The notes beneath the pieces are model-generated. The model was not told the origin of the DNA, did not search any database, and saw only the letters and a program-made list of their open reading frames with translations. Below are positions 20,431-30,760 of a DNA stretch of 31,264 nucleotides, piece by piece. The stretch covers positions 1,470,346 through 1,501,609 of the forward strand of contig NC_057718.1 of assembly GCF_004010195.1 (NCBI RefSeq), given 5' to 3'. Source of the DNA: Chiloscyllium plagiosum. Its lineage: Eukaryota. Position numbers and translations under genes: made by a program. How positions within the stretch are numbered: the first letter of the stretch is position 1; the number at the start of each line of letters is the position of its first letter.

Positions 20431-21110
20431 TGTTATGAAGTTGAAGGTATGTACTGTACCTTTAAGAGAGAGTGAAAGCTGGCACACACCTGCCATGTGA
20501 CTGACTCAAAGTCACAGTATGTGCTGAAAAATTGAAAGATGTAACATTTTGCTGTAACCTTGATACCACAGTTGTTTTCACAGCAGGTCAAATTTAACTG
20601 ATTTAAATTATGCCCCAAGATACTAAAACCCAACCAAATTTGAATTTTATTGTTTTGACAACATCGAACCAATGAGACAATCCGATTTTTGGGGTATAAA
20701 AAAGCAGACATTTTGGACAGTTGGACAGAAAGACTGCTAGTCACCACACTCTCTGTGAAAGGTACTCTTTTCACATGAAACATCTTTGCAGCAGAAGACT
20801 GAAGACGACAGAGGAAGATTGACACCCGCTGTCTAGTTTTGAAAATTAAGTTGCTGTAAATTTAAAGGGACTTTATTGGATCAGTATATTGTTAGAGTGG
20901 GAAGTAGGTAACAAATCATTAAGAGACAGGAGGCTTAGCATTGTAAATAGTTGTTGTTTAATGTTCGGTTTTGGCATTGAAGAATAAAATGGATATTTTT
21001 GTTAAATTTGGGTAGTTCAGTCACTCATACTTTAACAGATTATGAGGCGAGGTGAGCTTTTCTGTATGTTTGGTTTAATTAGCAGAAGGGTTTACTGCTG
21101 TATTGTAGCA
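20431..21110 (+). mobile_element. Solo LTR (680 bp) with 4-bp TSD
   Basis: TGTTAT...TAGCA termini with CTTG on both sides (20427-20430, 21111-21114); internal CCAAT, TATAAAA and AATAAA in LTR order. Confidence 0.9.
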
Positions 21111-21289
21111 CTTGTCACCATTCAAGACAAAGCTGCCTATTTGATTGACACCACATCTATAAGTAGTCACTCTCTCCACTCAGAAGCAGCAGCATGTACT
21201 ATCTACAAGATGCACTACAGAAATTCACCAACATCCTCAGACAGCATCTTCCAAATCCACAACCACTTCCATCTAGAATGACAAGAGCA

Positions 21290-22232
21290 GTTGATAAGGT
21301 TCCCCACGGTAGGCTATTGCAGAAAATAAGGAGGGATGGGATTGAGGGTGATTTATTGGTTTGGATCAGAAATTTCTCAGTTAATGGGAAATGTTCATCC
21401 TGGAGTTCAGTTACTGGTGATGCTCTGCAAGGATCTGTTTTGGGGCCACTGCTGTTTCTCATTTTTATAAATGACCTGGATGATGGCGTAGAAGGATGTG
21501 TTAGTAAATTTGCAGATGATGCTAAAGTCGGTGGAGTAGTGGATAGTGCGGAAGGATGTTGCAGGTTACAGAGAGATGTAGATAAGCTGGGCTGAGAGGT
21601 GGCAAATGGAGTATAATGTGGAACAGTGTGAGATGATTCACTTTGGAAGGAGTAACAGGAATGCAGAGTACTGGATTAATGTAATGTAACCAGAGAGATT
21701 TGTGTTCATGTGCATAGATCTCTGAATGTTGCCACCCAGGTTGATAGGGTTGTTAGGAAGGGGTACAGTGTGTTAGCTTTTATTGGTAGAGGGGATTGGA
21801 GCCATGAGGTCATGTTGCAGCTGTACAAAACTCGAGTGCGGCTGCATTTGGAGTATTACGTACAAGTTCTGGCCGCCACATTACAGGAAGGATGTGGAAG
21901 TTTTGGAAAGAGTTCAGAGGAAACTTACTAGGATGTTGCCTGGTATGGAGGGAAGGTCATATGAGGAAAGGCTGAGGGACTCGAGGCTGTTTTTGTTAGA
22001 GAGAAGATGTTGAAAGGTGACCTATTGAGACAGATAAGATGATCAGAGGATTAGATAGGGTGAACGGTGAGAGCCTTTTTCCTTGGATGGTGATGGCTAG
22101 CATGAGGAGACATAGCTTTCAATTGAGGGGGCGATAGATATAGGACAGATGTCAGAGCTGGTTTCTTTACTTAGAGTGATAGGGGTGTGGAACGGCCTGC
22201 CTGCAACATAGTAGACTCACCAAATTGAAGGG
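21290..22232 (+). mobile_element. CR1 LINE RT fragment running into the gap
   Basis: DKVPHGRLLQKI, QGSVLGPLLFLIFINDLDDG, SKFADDAK and LERVQRKLTRM. Confidence 0.92.
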
Positions 22233-22732
22233 NNNNNNNNNNNNNNNNNNNNNNNNNNNNNNNNNNNNNNNNNNNNNNNNNNNNNNNNNNNNNNNNNNNN
22301 NNNNNNNNNNNNNNNNNNNNNNNNNNNNNNNNNNNNNNNNNNNNNNNNNNNNNNNNNNNNNNNNNNNNNNNNNNNNNNNNNNNNNNNNNNNNNNNNNNNN
22401 NNNNNNNNNNNNNNNNNNNNNNNNNNNNNNNNNNNNNNNNNNNNNNNNNNNNNNNNNNNNNNNNNNNNNNNNNNNNNNNNNNNNNNNNNNNNNNNNNNNN
22501 NNNNNNNNNNNNNNNNNNNNNNNNNNNNNNNNNNNNNNNNNNNNNNNNNNNNNNNNNNNNNNNNNNNNNNNNNNNNNNNNNNNNNNNNNNNNNNNNNNNN
22601 NNNNNNNNNNNNNNNNNNNNNNNNNNNNNNNNNNNNNNNNNNNNNNNNNNNNNNNNNNNNNNNNNNNNNNNNNNNNNNNNNNNNNNNNNNNNNNNNNNNN
22701 NNNNNNNNNNNNNNNNNNNNNNNNNNNNNNNN
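22233..22732. other. Assembly gap (exactly 500 N)
   Basis: Run of N; the round length suggests a placeholder size. Confidence 0.99.
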
Positions 22733-22765
22733 GTGATCAGCCTGGGGAGCGCCGAGGTGGGCAAG
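22733..22765 (+). CDS. DNAJC27: DNAJC27 (RBJ, Rab-like GTPase plus J domain), 3' end of coding exon 1; start lost in the gap
   Basis: gtg atc agc ctg ggg agc gcc gag gtg ggc aag = VISLGSAEVGK (human VISMGNAEVGK, P-loop), followed by donor AAG|GTGAGG in phase 0, matching the next exon; GC-rich context. Confidence 0.92.
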
Positions 22766-24371
22766 GTGAGGGAGTCCGGGAGGTAATTGGGGCGGGGGGG
22801 TGCAGTGTTCGGGTTAGTATCTCAGCAAGGTTCCTTAGACACATTCCAAACCCAACCACCCCCATTGAGACATACAAGGGCAGCAGATACTGTACATTGG
22901 AACACCAGCACCCTCCAGTTCCCCTGCAAGCCATTCACCATGATTTGGAAATATGTTCAAGTAAACTAGAGATCCGAAACAAAAAGAGAACACAACATTA
23001 ATGTTTTGAGACCAGTTTCCCTTTTGAGATCTTTCTTCGAAATTTTTCGTTCCTTCAATGTTGCTGGGTCAAAATTCTGCATTTCTTCCCCCCAGAACTG
23101 TGGACAGCAGCAGATCAAGCAGGCAGCAAGTCACCACTTTTGAAGGACAACTGCTGCAAAGTTATCTGAGAAGACTGTTTTTTGACAGAGCAGTAATGAC
23201 TTGGAAGTTGTTATCTATGAGGATCATGAAAGTGAAGACAGTGAATTGATCCAAGTGGAAATTGGATTGACAATTGAAGAAAATACATTTGCAGGGCTCT
23301 GAAGAGAAAGTAGGGGAATAGAACTGAACAACTTTGCAGAGATGGCATAGTCACATTTGGCCAAATGACGTCCCTCTATGTTTGATAACTGAGTGCCTCT
23401 AACACTTTAATTCATTGTTGCACTTTTAATAAATGTAAGTACCTCGTCACTCTACCATCTACTTAGCTCCTTTTTTGTCAGGATTCAAATGACAAAACCA
23501 AGATAAGTTTTGACTTGAATTTTGGATTGATTCAAAAATCTAGTGTAAATATCACTATAAAACTCTGTTTTTGGATTTAAAAAATCTGTCATTCTTATCT
23601 GTTTTGAAGTATCTGTGCTTCTTGTCCCACATGAATGTGAGACTCTTGCATTTGGAAATTTTGGCAGAATTCAATGCTGTCTTTCCAACTATGGGGTCAG
23701 GGAATTCTAATTGTAAAGCCCCTTTTCCATCTTATTTATAACTTTTTCTGCAAAAAGAATGACAATATTATTAAACTTTAGCAATCTAGCCTGGCTGGTT
23801 TTTCAGTTTTGTTTTAATTCATTCCTGGGATGTTGGCATCACATCTGGCCAACATTTATTGCCTGTCCCACGTTGCCCTTGAGAAGGTGGTGATGAGCTG
23901 CTTTCTTGAACTTCTGCAGTCCACATGCTGTAGATTGACCCACAATGCCATTAAGGAGGATTAGGCTGTTGAGTCGGGACGATTGGCTATTGAGTTGGGA
24001 TGATCAGCCATGATTGTGATGAATGACCACCTCCTGCTTCTGTCTTCTGTGTTTCTATGTATGGCCGTCAGTGGGTAATTCAGTTGTTTTAACTTAGTGA
24101 ATGCAAATTTCAAGTGATAGTCTCCTTGCTGAGTTCAAAGTGATTAGTCAGTAGAGGGAACCCTCCTTGGTAATGTTAGGGATTGTGTACCAGCTGGAGC
24201 TTGGAACTATCTGCTATGCACAAACTCAGTATCATACTGGGTGAGATTGCTCAATTGTGCACAGGTTGGGGATGAATCGGAGCATTTTCAGTTTGACATG
24301 AGGCGTGCCTCATTTAAGTGCTGCTTTACTGGTGTAGCTCGAATTGCTGACTAATTGTGTTGTCTTTCCAG

Positions 24372-24454
24372 AGCTGTATCATTAAACGATACTGTGAGAA
24401 GAGGTTTGTCCCAAAATATTTGGCAACTATTGGAATTGACTATGGAGTGACAAA
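24372..24454 (+). CDS. DNAJC27: DNAJC27 coding exon 2 (83 nt)
   Basis: Acceptor tgtctttccag and donor aa|gtgagt; translates SCIIKRYCEKRFVPKYLATIGIDYGVT(K), versus human SCIIKRYCEKRFVSKYLATIGIDYGVTK as recalled. Confidence 0.96.
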
Positions 24455-24724
24455 GTGAGTACTACTAGGGATGCTACTTTTCTCCCTACCTTTAGTTGGT
24501 TTTCCTGATAGTAATTATTGTTAAATGTTAAAATCACAATTGGTAATAAGAGTATCCACTTGAATTAAACACATTCCTGTTCCAAGAAAATTTGAGAAGC
24601 ATTATCGAGTATTTGAAATAAGTTTAGATGATGAGACAGAAAGGGAGAGATTGGTGTGTGAGAGGGGTGTCACTGGGGAACAGGGGTTTGACCAGTAAGG
24701 GGAGGGTAGTACTGAAAACTAATT

Positions 24725-25263
24725 GAAAGAACAAAGAGCAGGCCTTTCAGTTAATCAAGACTGTGCTGATTCATGATGCCTTTCTAAATTAAAAGCCTTT
24801 TCCCCTCCACGTGGTCTGTATCTGTGTATTCCCTACATATTCATGTATCTGTCAAGATGCCTCTTAAGCGCTGCTATTGTATCCACATGCACCACATCCT
24901 TTGGCTGTGCATTCCACGCACTTACCACCCTCTGTGTAAAAAAAACCTTCCCTCTTCTCATCTTCTGTTTCCATCTTGAACCTAGGTCCCCTGGTAATTG
25001 CTATTTCTACCCTGGGAAAAAGACTCCGACTATCCATTCTGGTTTCCAGCATCTGCAGTCATTGTTTTTACCTTATCCATTCTGGCCATGCTACTCATAA
25101 TTTTGTAAGCTTCTATCAGGTCACCACTCATCCTTTGCTGTTCAAGTGAAAACAAACTGGCTTCATCCAATCTCCCCCTATAGCTAATGCCCTCCAAATT
25201 AGACAACATTCTGTTGAACCACTTCTGTCCTGCTCCAAAACCTCCACATCCTCCTAAATGCGT

Positions 25264-25297
<34 letters not shown>

Positions 25298-25680
25298 ACC
25301 TAACTAAAGTCCTACACAGCTGCAACATCACTTGATAAATTTTCTCTGTGCCCCAATTGCTGAAGGTAAGCATGCCATATTCCTTCTTGACCACCTTATC
25401 CAATGGTGTTCCAACTTTCAGGGAACTGTATATTGATGATACTAAGGGTTCTGGAATTTATTGTATACTTCCCTCCTGCATTAGATCTTCCAAAATGTAT
25501 TATGGCCCATGTGTCCAGATTAAATTCCACCTGCCATTTCTCCACTCCAGTTTAGCCATATACTGTTGTATTTTCTGGAAAATCTCCTCATTATCTGGAG
25601 CTCCCTCGTCTTTGTGTTGTCTGCACATTTACTAGTCAGATCACCTGCGTTCCCTCCAAATCACTTACACATATACTGCA
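24725..25680 (-). mobile_element. CR1 LINE 3' part in the DNAJC27 intron
   Basis: FNRMLSNLEGISYRGRLDEASLFSLEQQRMSGDLIEAYKIM; TRGPRFKM; FFYT. Confidence 0.88.
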
Positions 25681-25789
25681 AACAGCATGAGACCTGGAGC
25701 AAAGCATTCAGCACCCTGAACCTGTTCCAGCATTCCTATTGCAAAGACAGAATGATCTTATTTGACTTTATTTCTGACTGGAGTTAGAA

Positions 25790-26145
25790 GGGAGGTGATG
25801 GCCTTATGGTATTATTACTGGACTGTTGGTCCAGAGACCCAGGTAATGTTATGGGGAACCATGTTCAAATTCAGACACGAAATGGTGGTATTTGAATTCA
25901 GTGAAAATCTGGAAATAAGAGTCTAATGACAACCATGAATCCTTTGCCAATTGTTGGAAAAACCCATCTGGTTCACTCATGTCCTTTAGGGAAGAAACCT
26001 GCCATCTTTAGCTGATCTGGCTTACATGTGACTCCAGACCGACAGCAATGTGGTTGACTCTTAATTGTCCTCTGGGCAGTTACGGTTGGGCAATAAATGC
26101 TAGCCTAGCCAGCGATGCTGTCATCCCATGAAAGAATTTTAAAAA
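25790..26145 (+). mobile_element. tRNA-derived SINE with LINE-shared 3' tail
   Basis: A-box-like tggccttatggt and B-box-like gttcaaattc; the tail gggcaataaatgctagcc...catcccatgaaagaat resembles the reverse complement of 23815-23870. Confidence 0.75.
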
Positions 26146-27184
26146 TACAATGGTGAAAATGACTGTTTTACAGAAAAGGATTGAGGAAGGAATTGATGAA
26201 CTTTTATAAGAGCTAGTTACTGAAAGTCATTGTGTACGCTGTTTACACTGCTGCTGTTTTGTTCAAGCAGTGGGAAAGGATATTTTGGAGACAGACTGGC
26301 TCCAGGGGTTAATACAAACTGAGATTCAGCACCGGTAGGTTGCTGATTGGTTTTTGGGGTTATGACCAGTTGTGGATACCAATGGCCATCAGTTTGACAG
26401 CAACTATCTGACACCTGCATAGCTGAACAGGTAATGGGTGTGAATGATACTAGCAGAAGTCTGAGATTACTGAATGGGCAGATGATGTGTCTCTTTCTCT
26501 CTCCAGTGAAATACCAAAAATCTGAAGAAACCCAGTTTAATTTTTCCTACTATTTGCAAAGATCTTTTGTGTTTAACCAAGAAGTCTAAGACTTGAGAAT
26601 TTGTAAATTAATTACACTGTGTCTCCTGTAAAAAAATGTGAGAGCACCAGAGGAAGGGTCAGAGAACTGAAGGACATAGGGAAACAAAACAAATGGTCCA
26701 TCAAATCCTGAAGACTGGTGCTGTTGAACTGTTTCTTCAGGATTTTTTCCCACCACCTATTGCACCATTTGTTTTTTTGAGTTTGGCTGTGTGCCAAAGG
26801 GTTGTGGGGGATATTTAAATTTTTAATGAGTAGAGTTATATATTGACAGTTCACAGATGTTTACCTGTGGTTAGAATCTCTTTCATTGTAAGTTCAGGTT
26901 TCTGTTAACAACAGAAAACTGGTCAGTGTCTTCCATTTAACTGGATAGAACTTGAAACTAAATAGTGGAGCAGTGGCTGGGCTCAGCTGCATGGAAAATT
27001 TTGTAAAAAGTAAACCGTGACGGCGGGGGTGAGAGGGTGGTGGTGGGGGGAATGTCTCAGCAGAGGTTATTAAAGTTTCCAGAACAAGTATTAGAACATA
27101 GAGTATGGAAGGGTCAGGAATTGAACTTTAACTGATAAGGGACAACGATGATGGGGTGGGGTGGGGGGGAAGTTCAATTAGCAT

Positions 27185-28320
27185 AGGTCTGAGGGTACTG
27201 TAACTAAATGCACACAGTATATGAAACAAGTTAAATCAGCTTGTAGCGCAGATTGAAATTGATGGATACGATGCTGTGGATTATCACAGAGACACGGCTG
27301 CAAGGGGATCAGGACTAGGAACTAAATATGCCAGGATATGAGTCCTAACAAAAGGACAGGCAGAGGGGTGGCTTGCTTTGTTAATAAGTAATGAAATGAA
27401 ATTGATAGCAAGAAACTTGACATGTGTACCTTGATACAATGAAAAGAATAAATCAAATTAAATGAGTTTCAAAGTCATAGAAACTGTGTGGGTAGAGTTG
27501 AGGAACTGCAAAGGAAAAATGATTCTGAAGGGCATTATGTGCAGGTTCAGGAGTGTGGTGCTGGAAAAGCATATCAGGTCAGGCAGCATCTGAGGAGCAG
27601 AGTCGAGAGCACCACACTCTCAACTCTGATCTCCAGCATCTGCAGTCCTCATTTTCTCCTATTAAGTGCAGGTTTCCTAGCAGTAGTCAGGATGCAGGTA
27701 AGAAAAGACATGTATGAAAGCCATTATTACAATAATCAAGGTGGACTTCACTATGTAGGTGGAGTGGGAAAATCGGGTTGGTAACGGATCTCAGGAAAAG
27801 TCACTTGTGGAATATCTACAGGGTGGTTTTTTTGAAACAGCTTCTGGTAGATCCTGTCAGGGGACATGCAATTCAGGATTTGGTAATGTGTAATGAGGTA
27901 GACTTGATTAAAGAGCTTAAAGTGAAGGAGTCCCTCAGGGGCAGTGACCATAATATGATGGAATTCATCCTGCAGTTTGAGAGGGAAAAGTTAGAATCAG
28001 ATGCAACCATATTACAACTGAGTAAAGATAACTAGAAAAACATGAGGGAGGAGTTGACCAGAGTTGATTTGGAAGGAGAGCCTACCTGGGAAGATGGTGG
28101 ATCAACAAAGGCATGAGGTTTTGGGGGTAATCCAGAAGCTATAGCAGAAATTTATCCCAAGGAAGAAAAACATTCCCAAGGAGAACAACGTAGCCATGGC
28201 TGACCAGAGAAATCTGGGACAGCATAAAAGCAAAAGGAAAAGTATATGTTGCAATGAAAATTAGTGGGAAGTGAGAGGATTGGGAAGCCTTTAAACAAGC
28301 AGAAGATAACACAGGATGAA
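27185..28320 (+). mobile_element. Decayed CR1 ORF2 endonuclease/linker
   Basis: LNAHSI, ITETRLQG, VWVELRNCKG, IQDLVMCNE and LRGSDHNMMEF (APE SDH motif). Confidence 0.88.
27548..27660. mobile_element. Internally deleted Penelope-type inverted element
   Basis: Same arms as 3661 and 29606; 14-bp duplication atta(t/a)gtgcaggtt (27534-27547 / 27661-27674). Confidence 0.75.
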
Positions 28321-28469
28321 GCAGTAAGGGAGGTGTAGTGATTGTAGTGGGGTCAGCCAGCTGGACCGCATAGAATATGAGATCCCTGATTGGGGTTGCC
28401 AATCTGGTCTTATCAGGGAGACCTGGCAGACATAAAAAGATGAATGTTAGAGATCTCATCTCTATTCTC

Positions 28470-29420
28470 TTTGGCAGTCCTTCGCAGACGAGAATGACTC
28501 TCTTCCACCTTCAGGGCGAGCTCATAGGTGGCTTCGCAGGTTCTGTTACACTTGGGGCAAAACATGGTCTTGGGATGGGGTGACAGCACAGTCCTTCTGC
28601 TGTTTTCACTGTTTTCGCCATGACAGCATGTCTGGAAGTGCTTGACATCTTCCAGGATACACCTCCTGCAATTTGACAGTCATGGGCCAGTGGGAATGCC
28701 TTTCTTCCCAGTGGATTCGCAGGATCTTATGTAGACAGTGTTGGTGGTACTGCTCCAGCACCTTGAAGTATCTGCCGTATCTCAGAGCCGTATAGGAGGG
28801 CAGAAGCCCCCACAGCTCTGTAAACCATGAGCTTTGTATTGGATCTGATGTTGTCCTTGAGCACCCATTTCCTCAGGTGGCCAAAAGCTGTGCTAGCACA
28901 CTGGAGGTGGTGGTGGATCTCTCCAGGAAGAGCTGTTTTGGCCAACAGGAGACTCCCGAGGTATTAGAAGTGGTCAGTGTTCTCAAAGGCCTCCCATGAA
29001 CCTTGATGATTGGGGGTTCACTCCACAATGCCAGGCCAGGCTGGTGGAGTACCTTCGTCTTGTGGGTGTTCAGGGTGACACCCATTCTCTCATTTGCCTC
29101 AGTAAAGGTGCTGGCAATGGTCTGGAGTACGTCCTCTGAGATTGCACATAAACAAGCATCATGTGCATACTGGTAAAAACAAGGTAAAAACAATCACTGC
29201 AGATGCTGGAAACCAGATTCTGGATTAGTGGTGCTGGAAGAGCACAGCAGTTCAGGCAGCATCCAAGGATCCAGAATCATGTGCATACTGCAGCTTGATG
29301 ACCCTGGTTAGGGTGACTTTGGTTTTGGCATGAAGGTTGAATAATTTACCGCTGGTTCTGTAAGTTCGCTCCATTCCAGCGGGGAGCTTGTCAGTTGTGG
29401 GGTGAAGCATTGCAGCTAGG
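28470..29420 (-). mobile_element. RTE-clade LINE RT fragment
   Basis: QYAHDA (YADD), RMGVTLNTHKTKVLHQP, ASTAFGHLRK and TKLMVYRAV..ALLYGSE are typical of RTE ORF2. Confidence 0.88.
29173..29275. mobile_element. Short Penelope-type insertion inside the RTE YADD motif
   Basis: Perfect 15-bp duplication atcatgtgcatactg (29158-29172 / 29276-29290); contains ctgcagatgctgga and gtgctggaagagcacagcag. Confidence 0.75.
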
Positions 29421-29605
29421 TAGATCGAGAACAGTGGGGGCGGGGGGGAGGCGAGGGGAATGACACAGTCCTGCTTGATACTGGTCCAAATGGAGATCGA
29501 TGGGGTGGCAATATCAGAGATTGCAAGACCAGTCTTGAATAAAATTCACTTGTACTCCAGCCCTTTAATTTATGCAAGAATTTAGTGAAGCTATGAACCA
29601 ATACA

Positions 29606-29833
29606 GCTGCAAATGTGTTGCTGGAAAAGCGCAGCAGGTCAGGCAGCATCTAAGGAGCAGGAGAATCGACGTTTCGGGCATGAGCCCTTCTTCAGGAATC
29701 ATGCCCTTCTGCTCATGCCCTTCATGCCCGAAACGTCGATTCTCCTGCTCCTTGGATGCTGCCTGACCTGCTGCGCTTTTCCAGCAACACATTTTCAGCT
29801 CTGATCTCCAGCATCTGCAGTCCTCACTTTCTC
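29606..29833. mobile_element. Young palindromic Penelope-type element
   Basis: 73-bp inverted arms (29611-29683 / 29722-29794) with one mismatch; 15-bp duplication ctatgaa(c/t)caataca; CpGs retained. Confidence 0.8.
29663..29700 (-). ncRNA. Minimal hammerhead-ribozyme-like motif
   Basis: Minus strand reads GAUUC-CUGAAGA-A-GGGC-UCAU-GCCC-GAAA-CG-UC-GAUUC: core CUGANGA, 4-bp stem II, GAAA, palindromic ACGU at stem III and a GUC triplet. Helix I is short with a U-U mismatch. Confidence 0.55.
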
Positions 29834-29971
29834 CTATGAATCAATACAAGCAGTCTTTGCAGATTAAGATTATAAGTAGAATTATGTTAATTGTCACATG
29901 TGCTGAAGTACAGAAGCACAGGAGTACAGTGAAAAGTATACAATGTTGCCTCACACAACGCCATGTACGAG

Positions 29972-30581
29972 TGTTATGGACTAGGCCAGACCACTAAAAA
30001 TGTTCTTGGGCAGGCAATCCAGACCATAACTTTGCAACTTGTTTTGGTAAGTGAGAATTACCCAGAGTAGGTTAGCTAGGTTGACTACTAGGTTTTAAAA
30101 TAGACAGAAATGTATTCACAAAATTACACAATGAAACACCAAGAACAGAATAAAGAACCCCGACAGAACACAGCCTATCCAAACTAGACTTAATTATGCT
30201 GTTCCGAATATACACAACAGCCCCAGTAAACAAAACCCCTTGAAACACAGTTAAAAACTGGAACAGATGCTTACAGGTTGAAGTTAGAAGGGCAGGAAGA
30301 GAGACAGATTCCAGACAGCTCACTGTTGAACTCCTAACTAGTTCTGGCCTGAACTGCTCAGCTAGAGAGCTGACCACTCTCCTTTCATTCTACAGGTCAC
30401 TTCTAAAACATGACCACTTTGGCCTGAAGTCGCTTCAGTTTGCATATAAACAAAAAGGCCTCTCAATACTCTTAAATCTCTGTTCCAAACCAGTCTAATC
30501 TGCATCTGGAAATGTTTATGACCCCTCTGTATCCTTGAGAAAAGAAACAGCTTTTAGAAAAAAGTAACCAGCTTTGTGACA
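29972..30581 (-). mobile_element. 3' LTR (610 bp) of a gypsy retrotransposon
   Basis: TGTTAT...GTGACA termini; on the minus strand it is preceded by the polypurine tract aaggggagaa (30593-30584) and by the pol ORF. Confidence 0.88.
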
Positions 30582-30760
30582 CATTCTCCCCTTAAAATAT
30601 GAACCATCATTACCAAAAGATGGCTTCAGTTTTAAAACCCTTCAATAACCCATAGTAGTCTAAACACACAAATACACTATATTAAAGATAAAATTGCAAA
30701 CATGCACAACCATATGCGAATTCAGGCTATGGCACAGCCGCAACCGAACGCTCCCGTATC

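Larger units (their letters stand above)
18990..21285 (+). mobile_element. Decayed non-LTR retrotransposon (CR1/L2-group family distinct from the main CR1), interrupted by two LTR sequences
   Basis: VLDIKAAFNRVWHQG, ESYLAHREMVVVV, AGAPQGGVLGPTIFS, LLTPQSLSTIYK and TLKKL|VTIQDKAAYLI. Confidence 0.85.

Noticed and set aside
22171..23001. ORFs spanning the N-run
   Set aside because: Artefacts of translating N as X.
26215..26900. Possible additional solo LTR or regulatory element (CCAAT/ATTGG motifs)
   Set aside because: I could not define TG...CA termini, a TSD or a second copy in the window.
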